From an uncultured Actinomycetota bacterium (GTDB lineage Bacteria; Actinomycetota; Actinomycetes; JAHEKZ01), in the NCBI GenBank assembly GCA_963829525.1, contig CAWHIJ010000003.1, positions 64,001 to 128,000 on the forward strand: 64,000 bases of DNA, given 5' to 3'. A program made the translations under genes and the position numbers. Shown here piece by piece: positions 49,203 through 59,036 of this stretch. Positions within the stretch are counted from its first letter, which is position 1, and every line of letters begins with the position of its first letter. The notes below the pieces were generated by a model. It did not search any database. It worked only from the letters and a program-made list of their open reading frames with translations, and had not been told where the DNA came from.

Positions 49203-50129
49203 TTGAAGGCACTGGTCACCACCGGACCGAACGGCCCAGGCCTCGAGCTCGCTGACGTCGCGGAGCCGCAACCGGCATCGAACCAAGCGCTCGTTCGGCT
49301 CACCGCAACCTCGCTCAATCGCGGCGAGGTACGGCATCTGAGCGACGAGGAGCCGGGCACGGTGCTCGGCTGGGACGTCGTCGGCACCGTTGCACAGGCC
49401 GCGTCCGACGGATCTGGCCCCTCCAGCGGATCGCGCGTCGTCGGCCTGGTCGGCGAAGCCGGATGGGCTGAGCAGGTAGCCGTCCCCACCCACGCCCTCG
49501 CCGTCATCCCGGAGGGTGTCTCCGACGCCGCGGCTGCGGTTCTGCCCATCGCCGGGCTCACCGCGTGGCGAGCGCTGGAAATGGGCGGCCTGCTCCTCGG
49601 GTCCCGCGTCTTGGTCACCGGCGGCGCTGGAGGTGTCGGGCGCCTTGCCATCCAGTTGGCCAACCTTGCCGGCGCTGAGGTCACTGCCGTCGTCGGCCGT
49701 CCCGAACGACGGGCCGGCCTCGTCCAGCTCGGGGCCACGGACGTGGTGGTCGGCATCGAGGCTGCCACCGGCCGTTTCGACCTCATCTTGGAGTCGGTCG
49801 GGGGCACCTCGATGCGCACCGCATCGGAGATCCTTTCGCCGGAGGGTGTGCTCGTCACCTACGGGCGCTCGTCCGGTGAGGACGGCGAAATCGATCCCTA
49901 CTGGTTCGGCGACCACTCGGGGGCACGAATCGAGGGGCTGCTGGTCTTCACCGAAGTCGACCGGCATCGGCTCGGCACCACCCAGTTGGAGCGCATGCTG
50001 GCGCTCATGGCCGCTGGACGCTTCGATCCGCAGGTCACGCGCACCGGTTCGTGGCACGACCCGATGCCGCTAGTGAATGCCCTGCTCGATCGGCAGGTGG
50101 ACGGCAAGGCCGTCCTCACCGTCGACTGA
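49203..50129 (+). CDS. NADPH:quinone oxidoreductase-like MDR protein
   Basis: SLNRGE, LVTGGAGGVG, GKAVL; GGAGG RBS before TTG. Confidence 0.9.
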   Translation: MKALVTTGPNGPGLELADVAEPQPASNQALVRLTATSLNRGEVRHLSDEEPGTVLGWDVVGTVAQAASDGSGPSSGSRVVGLVGEAGWAEQVAVPTHALAVIPEGVSDAAAAVLPIAGLTAWRALEMGGLLLGSRVLVTGGAGGVGRLAIQLANLAGAEVTAVVGRPERRAGLVQLGATDVVVGIEAATGRFDLILESVGGTSMRTASEILSPEGVLVTYGRSSGEDGEIDPYWFGDHSGARIEGLLVFTEVDRHRLGTTQLERMLALMAAGRFDPQVTRTGSWHDPMPLVNALLDRQVDGKAVLTVD

Positions 50130-50166
50130 CTCCGGGACGCCGAACGCCCCTCGTGTCGGACGTCGG

Positions 50167-50520
50167 TCAGGCGTAGCCGAGCTCGTGCAAGCGGTCGTCG
50201 TCAATGCCGAAGTGGTGGGCGATCTCGTGTACGACGGTGATCCGCACCTCGCGCACCGCCTCGTCCCAGTCCTGGGTCATCCGAAGCGTCGGGCCGCGGA
50301 AGATCGTGATGTGGTCGGGCAGCACCCCGCTGTACTGACCATCCCGCTCAGTCAGCGGGATCCCCTCATAAAGGCCCAGCAGGTCACGCTCCTCACCTGC
50401 GGGTGGCTCGTCTGCAGTAAGCACCACCACGTTCTGCATCAGGTCCAGCAACGCAGGCGGCACGCCGTCGAGCGCCTGCGCGACCAGCTCTTCGAAGGTC
50501 GCAGCGTCCATGGGTAGCAC
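50167..50520 (-). CDS. zincin-like metallopeptidase (DUF1025)
   Basis: LLGLYEGIPL, HEIAHHFGIDDDRL. Confidence 0.92.
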   Translation of the reverse strand: MLPMDAATFEELVAQALDGVPPALLDLMQNVVVLTADEPPAGEERDLLGLYEGIPLTERDGQYSGVLPDHITIFRGPTLRMTQDWDEAVREVRITVVHEIAHHFGIDDDRLHELGYA

Positions 50521-50589
50521 CCCGCCAGCGTAGATCCCGACCCGACTACGCTCTAGCGGTAGCGTCCACCACTTCCAGGAGCCATCACC

Positions 50590-51471
50590 ATGAACCGCCT
50601 ACGAGACCTGCTCGGCGGAGAACTCCCTGTCCTGTTCGACGGCGGCATGGGAACTCTGCTCCAGGAGCGCGGCCTTGAGGGAGGCGGCTCGGGCGAGCTC
50701 TGGAACGTTGAGCACCCGGACATCATCCGCAAGATCCACACCGAGTACGCCGAGGCCGGCGCCCGCGTCCTCACGACAAACACCTTCGGCGGAACCGAGC
50801 CGCGCCTGACCATGCACGGCCTCGGCGAACGCGTCCATGAGCTCAACGAAGCCGCTGCCTCGATCGCCCACGAGGTCGCCGGACAGCACGGCAGCCTTGT
50901 TGCTGGAGACCTCGGCCCTACTGGTGAGCTGATGTTCCCCATGGGCACCATGGACGAAGAGCAGGCCACCACCCTGTTCGAGGCGCAGCTGCGCGGCCTG
51001 GTCGCCGGCGGTATCGACCTCGTCCTGATCGAGACCATGAGCGATCTGTCCGAGGTGAGGGCAGCCATCGCCGCAGCCGAAAAGGTCGCCCCCGAGTTGC
51101 CGGTCGTGGCCACGCTCAGCTTCGACACCAACCTGCACACGATGATGGGCGTCGCTCCGGCGCAAGCCGTCACCGAACTGGCCGAGACCTCCGCTGATGC
51201 CGTCGGGGCCAACTGCGGACGCGGCCTGGCCGAGCTCGAGTCGATCATGACAACCATGGTCGACGTACGCCGCGACGACCTGCTTCTCATCGGTCAATCG
51301 AACGCCGGGTTGCCGCACCTCGTCGGCGATCGGTTCGTCTACGACGCATCGGTGGACGACGTCGCAGCGCACGCGGTCCGGCTACGCGACCTCGGGATCG
51401 ACCTGATCGGGTCCTGCTGCGGGTCGACCCCGGCCTTCACCGCAGCGATGCGCGACGCCCTCGCCCACTGA
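50590..51471 (+). CDS. stand-alone homocysteine S-methyltransferase domain protein
   Basis: FDGGMGT, TNTFG, ETM, GANC, NAGLP, GSCCG. Confidence 0.9.
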   Translation: MNRLRDLLGGELPVLFDGGMGTLLQERGLEGGGSGELWNVEHPDIIRKIHTEYAEAGARVLTTNTFGGTEPRLTMHGLGERVHELNEAAASIAHEVAGQHGSLVAGDLGPTGELMFPMGTMDEEQATTLFEAQLRGLVAGGIDLVLIETMSDLSEVRAAIAAAEKVAPELPVVATLSFDTNLHTMMGVAPAQAVTELAETSADAVGANCGRGLAELESIMTTMVDVRRDDLLLIGQSNAGLPHLVGDRFVYDASVDDVAAHAVRLRDLGIDLIGSCCGSTPAFTAAMRDALAH

Positions 51472-51539
51472 CGCCTCCGCCCCGGCTTTGGAGCATCTCG
51501 ACCGCATCCCCTATGCTGAGCGGGCTTCCGGCGGAGCTA

Positions 51540-51615
51540 GCCCTCATCGTCTAGCGGCCTAGGACGCCGCCCTTTCACGGCGGTAGCGCGGGTTCGAATC
51601 CCGCTGGGGGTACCA
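51540..51615 (+). tRNA. tRNA-Glu(UUC), CCA encoded
   Basis: GCCCTCATCGTCTAGCGG...CTTTCAC...GGTTCGAATCC...TGGGGGTACCA. Confidence 0.97.
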
Positions 51616-51645
51616 ACCTCCTGCCGGAGGCTGACCTCACCACGA

Positions 51646-51720
51646 GGTCCCGTGGAGCAGTTCGGAGTGCTCGTCGCCCTGTCAAGGCGAAGGTCGCGGG
51701 TTCAAATCCCGTCGGGACCG
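51646..51720 (+). tRNA. tRNA-Asp(GUC)
   Basis: GGTCCCGTGGAGCAG...CTGTCAA...GGTTCAAATCC...CGGGACCG. Confidence 0.97.
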
Positions 51721-51766
51721 CTCAGTTTTGCCGTTGCTCGCCCCCCGGGGAAAACAGGCGGAGCTG

Positions 51767-51840
51767 GGGCAGGTAGCTCAGTTGGTACGAGCGTCCGCCT
51801 GAAAAGCGGAAGGTCGGCGGTTCGATCCCGCCCCTGCCCA
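51767..51840 (+). tRNA. tRNA-Phe(GAA)
   Basis: GGGCAGGTAGCTCAG...CTGAAAA...GGTTCGATCC...CCTGCCCA. Confidence 0.97.
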
Positions 51841-52116
51841 CCGCACGCGCTCTCCGGCTCCGGCCCTGAAGAGTTACCCCGAGTTCTGAGGCTGCCTCGG
51901 CCGTCGAAACTCGGGGTAAGTCTTCACGAAGCCGCGAAGGCCGCCGACGCTGCCCGCCGCGCCAGGCGCTGTTCCCGCAGCGCCGCGCCATCGAACGTGA
52001 CCAAGTGGCGCGGGTCACATCAGCGTTTGACCCACCGCCCCTCGGGTATCTCTCACTGTGTTCGTCAACCGCCGGTCCCGAATCACGGGACGGTTCACCG
52101 ACAGGAGGTGCGAACC

Positions 52117-52626
52117 ATGGAGCACGAAGCCCAGACCCGGGTCGAACGCCCCGTGTCCACGGTCTACAACCAGTGGACGCAGTTCGAGTCATTCCCTGAG
52201 TTCATGCAAGGTGTCAACAAGGTCACTCAGCTCGACGACTCGACCACCCAGTGGGATGTCGAGATCGCCGGTGTCGCGCGGGAGTTCACCGCCGAGATCG
52301 TCGAGCAGCGTCCCGACCGCACAATCCACTGGCGCTCCCGCACCGAGCCGATGCACGAGGGACGCGTCAGTTTCATGCCCCAAGGCGACGCCACCGACGT
52401 CACCCTTTGGCTCAACTTCCAGCCGGACGGCGTCATCGAGCAGCTCGGCGACAAGCTCGGCTTCGTCAAGGGCCGGGTCGAGGGTGACCTCGACCGTTTC
52501 AAGCACTTCATCGAGCAGCGCGAGCACGCCACAGACGCCTGGCGCGGCAGCATCCCCTCTAGCGCTGAGCAGACCCCCGGGATCGACCGTCCGGTCACCC
52601 ACACCATGGAAAAGGATCAGTCATGA
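52117..52626 (+). CDS. SRPBCC/cyclase-dehydrase family protein
   Basis: VYNQWTQFESFPEFM...GDLDRFKHFIE...WRG; AGGAGG RBS. Confidence 0.92.
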   Translation: MEHEAQTRVERPVSTVYNQWTQFESFPEFMQGVNKVTQLDDSTTQWDVEIAGVAREFTAEIVEQRPDRTIHWRSRTEPMHEGRVSFMPQGDATDVTLWLNFQPDGVIEQLGDKLGFVKGRVEGDLDRFKHFIEQREHATDAWRGSIPSSAEQTPGIDRPVTHTMEKDQS

Positions 52627-52862
52627 AGCTAGTCACCATCGCCATCGGCGCCGGCCTCGGATACCTTGCGGGCAACGAGGACGCCCGCCACAAGACCTGG
52701 GCCGCCCTTAAGCAGGCCCAGCAGTCCCGCTCGGCGAAGTCTCTCGAGGGCAAGGTCAGCGGAGCCGTGAGCCAGCTGTCGGACCGGCGCCGCGGGTCCG
52801 ACAACGACGCCGACGCCGAGCTCATAGCGCCTGCCGTGGTAGACCGCTCCGTGATCGGCTAG
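52623..52862 (+). CDS. small membrane-anchored protein (YtxH-like)
   Basis: MKLVTIAIGAGLGYLAG; ATGA overlap with the SRPBCC gene. Confidence 0.7.
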   Translation: MKLVTIAIGAGLGYLAGNEDARHKTWAALKQAQQSRSAKSLEGKVSGAVSQLSDRRRGSDNDADAELIAPAVVDRSVIG

Positions 52863-52887
52863 ACGGCTCAGGAGCCACCTCACCGGT

Positions 52888-52928
52888 GGCAGGGTGACGC
52901 TGCTGCTGGGGAGCAGCGTCACCCTGCC
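52888..52928. terminator. 17-bp stem hairpin
   Basis: GGCAGGGTGACGCTGCT-N7-AGCAGCGTCACCCTGCC. Confidence 0.75.
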
Positions 52929-53069
52929 GTTCCCGGCTGCCGCAGTCGCTGTGGAGTCGCTCTCTCACTTGTCAGGTAAACCCGAAATCGGCTCACGCTT
53001 GACCGCTCACCTGCCGATATGGGCGGGAAGGGGCGCGCCGGCGCCCCACCGTCGACGTAGGGAGCCGAC

Positions 53070-53222
53070 GTGGTCGAGGCCCGGGGTGTCGTCATCGCCA
53101 CCGTCCTCGCGGCCTTGGTTGTTCTCGGACTGCTCGCCTTCGCGGCGTCCAACGTCATGCCCCATAACTTCGGCCTGCGGGCCTGCCAGACCGGCGAGCT
53201 GCCTGAGTCGGAGTGCGACTAA
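53070..53222 (+). CDS. 50-aa single-TM small protein, not in the ORF track
   Basis: AGGGAG RBS then GTG; MVEARGVVIATVLAALVVLGLLAFAASNVMPHNFGLRACQTGELPESECD*. Confidence 0.6.
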   Translation: MVEARGVVIATVLAALVVLGLLAFAASNVMPHNFGLRACQTGELPESECD

Positions 53223-53296
53223 GACAGCAATCGAGCACCGGCATCATCATCCCCGGCCCCAGATGAGGCCAAACGCCGTTGGTGCTGCCCGGTTGT

Positions 53297-53986
53297 CTAC
53301 CTCTTCGGCAGCACCCGAACGATGAAGTAACTGCTGGTCCATATCGGATCGGTCTTGACGTTCGTGCCAGGACGCGAGGCGTGCAGGATGTTGCCGTGTC
53401 CTGCGTAGATCGATGCGTGATAGACCCCGCCCGAGTCGTACATGAACACCAGGTCTCCCGGGCGGGCGTGCTTCCGGGAAATCCGCTCTCCACTTCGGCT
53501 CTGAACCGATGCCGAGTGTTGCAGCGTCTTGCCGGTCGCCTTCTCGTAGACGTACCGGGTCAGCCCTGAGCAGTCGAACGCGTTCGGCCCGGCCGCTCCG
53601 TACACATAGGGATCACCCTTCTGAGCGCGGGCAACCTTCATGATCCGGTGGTACTCGTTGTTGATCCTGGCGCGGGCCTGCAGGATCTGCTCCCACCGGG
53701 TCTTGAGTGCGCGGTAGGTGCGCTGGTTGATCACCCCCGTGACGTCAAAGCCTCGACGGTCCTGGAAGTGCTTCACCGCATGTCTGGTCTTGTCGTTGAA
53801 CGTGCCAGTGCGCGGGTCCACGTCGAGGACTCGCTGGGCCAGGAGCACGCGGGGGCCAGAGTCGCCCATGCGCAAGGTGTTAAAACTCGTATCGGCCGCA
53901 GTGGCGGTGCTGGTGGCAAGTGGGCTGGCCAGGGCGATCGTCAGGCCGACGGCAAGCAGACGTCGACGCGCGAGAATTCGCGACAT
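53297..53986 (-). CDS. secreted NlpC/P60 (C40) peptidase with peptidoglycan-binding domain
   Basis: LRMGDSG...AVKHFQ...TGVI (PG-binding); PYVYGAAGPNAFDCSG, PGDLVF, HASIY. Confidence 0.93.
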   Translation of the reverse strand: MSRILARRRLLAVGLTIALASPLATSTATAADTSFNTLRMGDSGPRVLLAQRVLDVDPRTGTFNDKTRHAVKHFQDRRGFDVTGVINQRTYRALKTRWEQILQARARINNEYHRIMKVARAQKGDPYVYGAAGPNAFDCSGLTRYVYEKATGKTLQHSASVQSRSGERISRKHARPGDLVFMYDSGGVYHASIYAGHGNILHASRPGTNVKTDPIWTSSYFIVRVLPKR

Positions 53987-53990
53987 GTTT

Positions 53991-54180
53991 CCTCTCCGAC
54001 GCCTGCGAGGTCAGCTGTCGGGTTCGGGCCAGAGAGTGCCCGGTCATGCCAAATCGGCAACGACTTAACCCCAAGACCGTCCGCGCTCTGGCGGTCGGTC
54101 ACTAACCTTGGGTCCCCCGCTCCTGCCCACGTGCATATCGTCACCCACCGGGCTGGACAGGATTCGGCGTACCCGGTGAG
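53991..54180 (-). ncRNA. cyclic di-AMP (ydaO/yuaA) riboswitch
   Basis: Minus strand CGCCGAATCCTG...CAGGAGCGGGGGACCCA...TTGGGGTTAA...CCCGAACCCGACAGCTGACCTCGCAGGCG, directly before a cell-wall hydrolase. Confidence 0.92.
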
Positions 54181-54343
54181 CCCCCACCTGGTGGTGAGGT
54201 CACGAAAGGGTATCGGGCGATCTGGCCCCCAACACAAGCCTGGCCCGCAAAAGTGGGCCAATTCACACCCGTTCGGCCTAGTGTCTACGGACTAGTCACA
54301 ATCCGTGCCCGCGAGACTGGTCCTTAGATCGGCTAAGCAGTCA

Positions 54344-54592
54344 TCAACTCAGGGGTGGAGACTCCGCAGGGGGCTGCGGCACGCTCACCGGAGGAACGTC
54401 GTCACTCTGAAGCCCGTCCAGCAGCGCCTGGACCTCGGCAGCCCGGTAACGCCGGTGCCCGCCCAGGGTTCGTATCGCGCTCAGCTTGCCGGCTTTTGCC
54501 CACCTGGTGACGGTCTTGGGATCAACCCGGAAGAGCGCCGCCACCTCCGCAGGCGTCAGCAACGCCTCAGGCTCGGGTGGTAGTTGTGCCAT
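54344..54592 (-). CDS. bldC: BldC family transcriptional regulator
   Basis: LLTPAEVAALFRVDPKTVTRWAKAGKLSAIRTLGGHRRY; divergent from vdh as in Streptomyces. Confidence 0.93.
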   Translation of the reverse strand: MAQLPPEPEALLTPAEVAALFRVDPKTVTRWAKAGKLSAIRTLGGHRRYRAAEVQALLDGLQSDDVPPVSVPQPPAESPPLS

Positions 54593-54787
54593 GTGTCCCC
54601 CACGTGACGTCATCGGTGCTCCGGTCCTCGATAGCGCTCCGCGAGCGTACCAATGCAAAGAGTGACGGATGTCGCGCTTGTCCGTAATCCCTCATCAGTG
54701 CCATTCCTCCCCTATCGACGGGACTAACCCATCTGGGTTCGCCCAGCCCTCGAGCTTCATCGAAGTCGAGATCGGTAGGGTCCGAAC

Positions 54788-55873
54788 GTGACCGAACAAC
54801 ACCCCAAGCCGGGCGGACGACTCTTCGACCGGTTCGACGGGCACGAGCAGGTGGTCCTGGCCTCAGATGAGGCAACCGGGCTTCGTGCCATCATCGCCAT
54901 CCACTCCACGGCACTCGGTCCTGCACTTGGCGGCACGCGGTTCCACCTCTACCCCGACGACGACGCCGCCCTCGATGACGTCCTGCGGCTCTCGCGCGCC
55001 ATGAGCTACAAGAACGCCTTGGCCGGCCTCCCCCACGGGGGCGGCAAAGCGGTCATCCTCGGTGACCCGACGCAGGCGAAGACCGACGCCCTGCTCGAAG
55101 CCTACGGACGAGCCGTCGAGTCGTTGGGGGGCCGCTACTACACCGCCTGCGACGTCGGCACCTACGTGGCTGACATGGATGTCGTTGGGCGGACCACCCG
55201 CTTCGTCACCGGACGCAGCGAGAGCAACGGTGGGAGCGGCGACTCGTCTTTACTCACCGCACTCGGGGTCTTCTGCGCCATGCGCGCCTGCGCCCAGCAC
55301 CTGTGGGGCTCAGACGATCTGACGGGACGTCGGGCCGCAGTCTCCGGAGTCGGCAAAGTCGGGCGCCGACTTGTGGAACACCTCTGTGGCGCCGGGGCGT
55401 CCGTGGTGATCTACGACCTCAGTCCTGACGCCATCGCCACCGTGCTCGCGAGCCACCCAGAAGTCGACGTGGCGGCGAGCGAGTCCGAGTTGGCCACTCG
55501 CGAGGACATCGACATCTACTCTCCCAATGCGCTCGGCGGTGCCCTGAACGACGTGAGCGTCGCGGGCCTGGCAGCTGCCGTCGTCTGTGGCGGAGCCAAC
55601 AACCAGCTCGCTCACCCTGGGGTCGAGCAGCAACTGGCCGACCGGGGGATCACCTACGCCCCCGACTACCTCGTCAATGCCGGCGGCGTCATCCAGGTCG
55701 CCGACGAGCTGAACGGCTTTGATCTCGGCCGAGCCCGCGAGCGCGCGCTGGGCATCTACCAGACCACGCTGGACGTCCTCCGGCTCGCCTCCGATGAGGG
55801 GATGCCCCCAGCCCGGGCTGCCGACCGGCTGGCCGAGTCGATCATCGCTGCCGGACCACCGGCTACCGGCTGA
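54788..55873 (+). CDS. vdh: Leu/Phe/Val dehydrogenase
   Basis: [31 protein letters not shown]. Confidence 0.9.
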   Translation: MTEQHPKPGGRLFDRFDGHEQVVLASDEATGLRAIIAIHSTALGPALGGTRFHLYPDDDAALDDVLRLSRAMSYKNALAGLPHGGGKAVILGDPTQAKTDALLEAYGRAVESLGGRYYTACDVGTYVADMDVVGRTTRFVTGRSESNGGSGDSSLLTALGVFCAMRACAQHLWGSDDLTGRRAAVSGVGKVGRRLVEHLCGAGASVVIYDLSPDAIATVLASHPEVDVAASESELATREDIDIYSPNALGGALNDVSVAGLAAAVVCGGANNQLAHPGVEQQLADRGITYAPDYLVNAGGVIQVADELNGFDLGRARERALGIYQTTLDVLRLASDEGMPPARAADRLAESIIAAGPPATG

Positions 55874-56032
55874 TCCCAAGGTCCAGGACGTGCACCCGAT
55901 TGGCTCAGATCAAGGTGCGCCTGCCTGCACGCAGCGGGGATGGATCGTCTACTCTAGAGAGCAGTGCGCCCCAGGGGCGCCATCCGATAGACACGCCTAC
56001 TGGGGCCGATGCCCCAACGAGGGGGTCAGCCC

Positions 56033-56221
56033 ATGGGTCGCGGGAGGGCCAAGGCCAAGCAGACCAAGGTTGCCCGGCAGCTGAAGTACTCCAGCTCCGA
56101 GCTCGACGTCGACGCGCTCACCGTCGAACTTGGTGGCGAGGCCCCGCATGCCGACGTGGTCGAGGACGACCCCTACGACCCGTACACAGCTGCTTACGGT
56201 GAGGCCGAGTCCGGCCGCTGA
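56033..56221 (+). CDS. DUF3073 protein
   Basis: MGRGRAKAKQTKVARQLKY. Confidence 0.93.
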   Translation: MGRGRAKAKQTKVARQLKYSSSELDVDALTVELGGEAPHADVVEDDPYDPYTAAYGEAESGR

Positions 56222-56271
56222 GCGCCACACTCTCCGCACCGGCACTCAGCGTTGCCACGATGTTGGGTGAT

Positions 56272-56307
56272 GGCGGGGTAGGTCAGGCGGGGTAAGTCAG
56301 GCGGGGT
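56272..56307. repeat. 14-bp tandem repeat (about 2.6 copies) at the purM 3' end
   Basis: GGCGGGGTA(G/A)GTCA repeated. Confidence 0.75.
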
Positions 56308-56309
56308 GG

Positions 56310-57386
56310 CTACCGACCAATGTCGGCGGTCGGGCCTTCTGATGCCCCCTGCACTTGGCCGCAGATCCACGCTGGAACACCACGCTCGTCGAGCAAGCGC
56401 ACGCTCTCCTCGGCCGCATCTCTATCGACGACGGCGATCATGCCGACCCCTTGGTTGAACGTGCTCTCGAGATCTTGGCTCTTGACCCCACCGAGTTCGC
56501 CGATCAGCGAGAAGACCGGTGGGGGCGTCCAGGTGGTTCGGTCAACCGTTGCCGACAGGTGTGCCGGAATCACCCGGGCTAGGTTCTCCGCGAGTCCACC
56601 ACCGGTGATGTGTGAGAGGGCATGAAGCTGCTCACGGTGCGAACGAGCGAGCGCAAGACAGTCGAGGCTGTAGATGCGGGTCGGCTCGAGCAGTTCTTCA
56701 CCGACGGTGCGGCCGAGCCCGTCGACATCATGGTCGACGTCCCATCCTGCGATCGTAAAGAAGACATGCCTCGCCAGTGAATAGCCATTGGCGTGAAGCC
56801 CGCTGCTAGCCATGGCGATCAGCACGTCACCGGAGTTAACGCGCTCGGCCCCGAGCACATCGTCGGCGTCGACGATGCCCGTTCCAGCTCCGGCCACGTC
56901 GTACTCGTCCGGCTCCAACAGCCCCGGGTGTTCGGCCGTCTCACCACCGACGAGCGCTGCTCCCGCACGACGGCAACCTTCAGCGATACCGGAGACAATG
57001 GCGGCGATCTTCTCCGGGTAGACCTTCCCGGTTGCGATGTAGTCAGTCATGAAAAGAGGTTCGGCACCACAGACCACGAGGTCGTCCAAGACCATCGCGA
57101 CCAGATCGATACCGATGGTGTCGTGGATACCCATGCGGCGAGCAACGTCGACCTTCGTGCCAACACCATCAGTCGACGACGCGAGCAGCGGTTTGCGCAG
57201 ACGCGTGTACGGCGTCAGGTCGAAGAGTCCGGCAAACCCGCCGATTCCGCCGACGACCTCGGGACGCGTTGCACGCGCGATGCTCGCCTTCATCAGCTCG
57301 ACGGCGCGGTTGCCCTCTTCGATACTGACACCGGCACTCTCGTACGTCGTGCTCACGTGTTGGGATCCCTCCGGGCTCGCCGTCAC
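56310..57386 (-). CDS. purM: phosphoribosylformylglycinamidine cyclo-ligase
   Basis: GGFAGLF, STDGVGTK, GGETAEHPG, HITGGG; the true end may be 56297 (TLVGSHPA*) if there is an indel near 56325. Confidence 0.95.
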   Translation of the reverse strand: MTASPEGSQHVSTTYESAGVSIEEGNRAVELMKASIARATRPEVVGGIGGFAGLFDLTPYTRLRKPLLASSTDGVGTKVDVARRMGIHDTIGIDLVAMVLDDLVVCGAEPLFMTDYIATGKVYPEKIAAIVSGIAEGCRRAGAALVGGETAEHPGLLEPDEYDVAGAGTGIVDADDVLGAERVNSGDVLIAMASSGLHANGYSLARHVFFTIAGWDVDHDVDGLGRTVGEELLEPTRIYSLDCLALARSHREQLHALSHITGGGLAENLARVIPAHLSATVDRTTWTPPPVFSLIGELGGVKSQDLESTFNQGVGMIAVVDRDAAEESVRLLDERGVPAWICGQVQGASEGPTADIGR

Positions 57387-58972
57387 GGGCGGCCCAACGC
57401 ATCGGACGCCCCGGTTGCCGCCGTGAGGGAGGCCAGGCCATCGGCATCACCTGAAGTTGTGGCGGAGGTGCTTGTGCTCTCGCGCTCGTACCCTTCGAGC
57501 AGGTGCTTTCCAAGCGCCTCGGGCTCGGGCAGCTCGATCGGATACACACCGGTGAAGCACGCGGTGCACAGCTTCTCAACCGGGATGGTGGTCGCTTCGA
57601 CGAGCTCATCGAGAGACACGTACGTAAGCGAGTCTGCGCCAACGGACTGGCGGATCTCGTCGACGGCCAGACCATTGGCAATCAGCTCGGCACGGGTGGC
57701 GAAGTCGATGCCGTAGAAACATGGCCATTTCACGGGTGGGCTCGAAATACGCACGTGGACCTCTGCTGCGCCGGCCTCGCGGAGCATTCGCACTAGGGCA
57801 CGCTGAGTGTTTCCTCGGACGATCGAGTCGTCGACGACGACGAGCCTCTTTCCGTCGATGACCTCGCGCAGCGGGTTGAGCTTGAGCCGGATACCGAGCT
57901 GACGGATCGTCTGCGACGGCTGGATGAACGTACGTCCGACGTACGCGTTCTTCACGAGGCCCTGTGCGTACGGGATGCCCGATTCCTGGGCGTACCCGAT
58001 CGCCGCCGGTGTCCCCGACTCGGGCACCGGAATCACAAGATCAGCCTCAACCGGATCGTGCCGGGCCAACCGCCGACCGACGTCTACGCGCGCCTCATGC
58101 ACGCTGCGACCAGCGATGCTCGTGTCCGGCCTCGCAAGGTAGACGTACTCGAAGATGCACCCCTTTGGGTCGGCATCGGCGAAACGCTGACTACGGAGTC
58201 CATGCTCGTCGACAGCGAGCAGCTCACCCGGCTCGACCTCGCGTACATAGCTAGCACCCACGATGTCGAGTGCTGCAGTCTCCGACGCAACAACCCATCC
58301 GCGTTCGAGGCGTCCGAGCACCAGGGGCCGAATCCCTTGAGGATCGCGAGCCGCGTAGAGCGTCGACTCGTCCATGAAGACAAAGCTGAACGCGCCTCGG
58401 AGCAGTGGCAGCACCTCGAGCGCCGCCTTCTCCAAGGAGCGTGATGGGTGGTTGGCCAGCAGCTCGGTGACGAGGTCGGTGTCGGAGCTGGCGTCGGGGG
58501 TGCCAAGACCGGGGAGCAGCAGTTCACCGCGCTCAACCTCGGACTCCGCAGCCAGTCGAGCGAGCTCTCCGGTGTTGATCAGGTTGCCGTTGTGGCCGAG
58601 GGCGATGCCCCCGTCTCCAGTGTGGCGAAAGGCCGGCTGGGCGTTCTCCCAGTTGCTTGAGCCGGTGGTCGAGTAGCGGGTGTGGCCGATGGCCAGGTGG
58701 CCGACGAGTGTGGCCAGGTGTCGCTCATCGAAGACCTGGGCCACCAGTCCCATGTCCTTGTAGACGACGATGCCTTCGCCGTCGCTGACTGCGATTCCGG
58801 CAGATTCTTGGCCGCGGTGCTGCAGGGCGTAGAGCCCGAAGTACGAAAGCTTGGCGACCTCTTCGCCGGGCGCCCAGACGCCGAAGACGCCACAGGCGTC
58901 TTGCGGGCCTTGCTCGCCGGGCTCACCGGGAAGGAGATCGTGGGTGAGCCGACCGTCACCGCGCTTCACCAC
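57383..58972 (-). CDS. purF: amidophosphoribosyltransferase
   Basis: Propeptide then CGVFG, LQHRGQESAG, VDDSIVRGNT. Confidence 0.97.
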   Translation of the reverse strand: MVKRGDGRLTHDLLPGEPGEQGPQDACGVFGVWAPGEEVAKLSYFGLYALQHRGQESAGIAVSDGEGIVVYKDMGLVAQVFDERHLATLVGHLAIGHTRYSTTGSSNWENAQPAFRHTGDGGIALGHNGNLINTGELARLAAESEVERGELLLPGLGTPDASSDTDLVTELLANHPSRSLEKAALEVLPLLRGAFSFVFMDESTLYAARDPQGIRPLVLGRLERGWVVASETAALDIVGASYVREVEPGELLAVDEHGLRSQRFADADPKGCIFEYVYLARPDTSIAGRSVHEARVDVGRRLARHDPVEADLVIPVPESGTPAAIGYAQESGIPYAQGLVKNAYVGRTFIQPSQTIRQLGIRLKLNPLREVIDGKRLVVVDDSIVRGNTQRALVRMLREAGAAEVHVRISSPPVKWPCFYGIDFATRAELIANGLAVDEIRQSVGADSLTYVSLDELVEATTIPVEKLCTACFTGVYPIELPEPEALGKHLLEGYERESTSTSATTSGDADGLASLTAATGASDALGRP

Positions 58973-59036
58973 CTCAGTCTAGGGGACCGGTCTCGACACG
59001 CCCAAAGTCACGCATGGCGTCGGACCCACCGCGGCG

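Noticed and set aside
45514-51840. Prophage or integrative element at the tRNA genes
   Set aside because: No integrase, phage genes or duplicated tRNA 3' ends were seen.
51652-52116. N-terminal extension of the 324-aa ORF 51652..52626
   Set aside because: It overlaps tRNA-Asp and tRNA-Phe; the real start is ATG 52117 with an AGGAGG RBS.
54640-54700. BldC autoregulatory direct repeats
   Set aside because: The region has TGACGGAT/TGTCCGTAAT-like elements but they are too degenerate to call from sequence alone.
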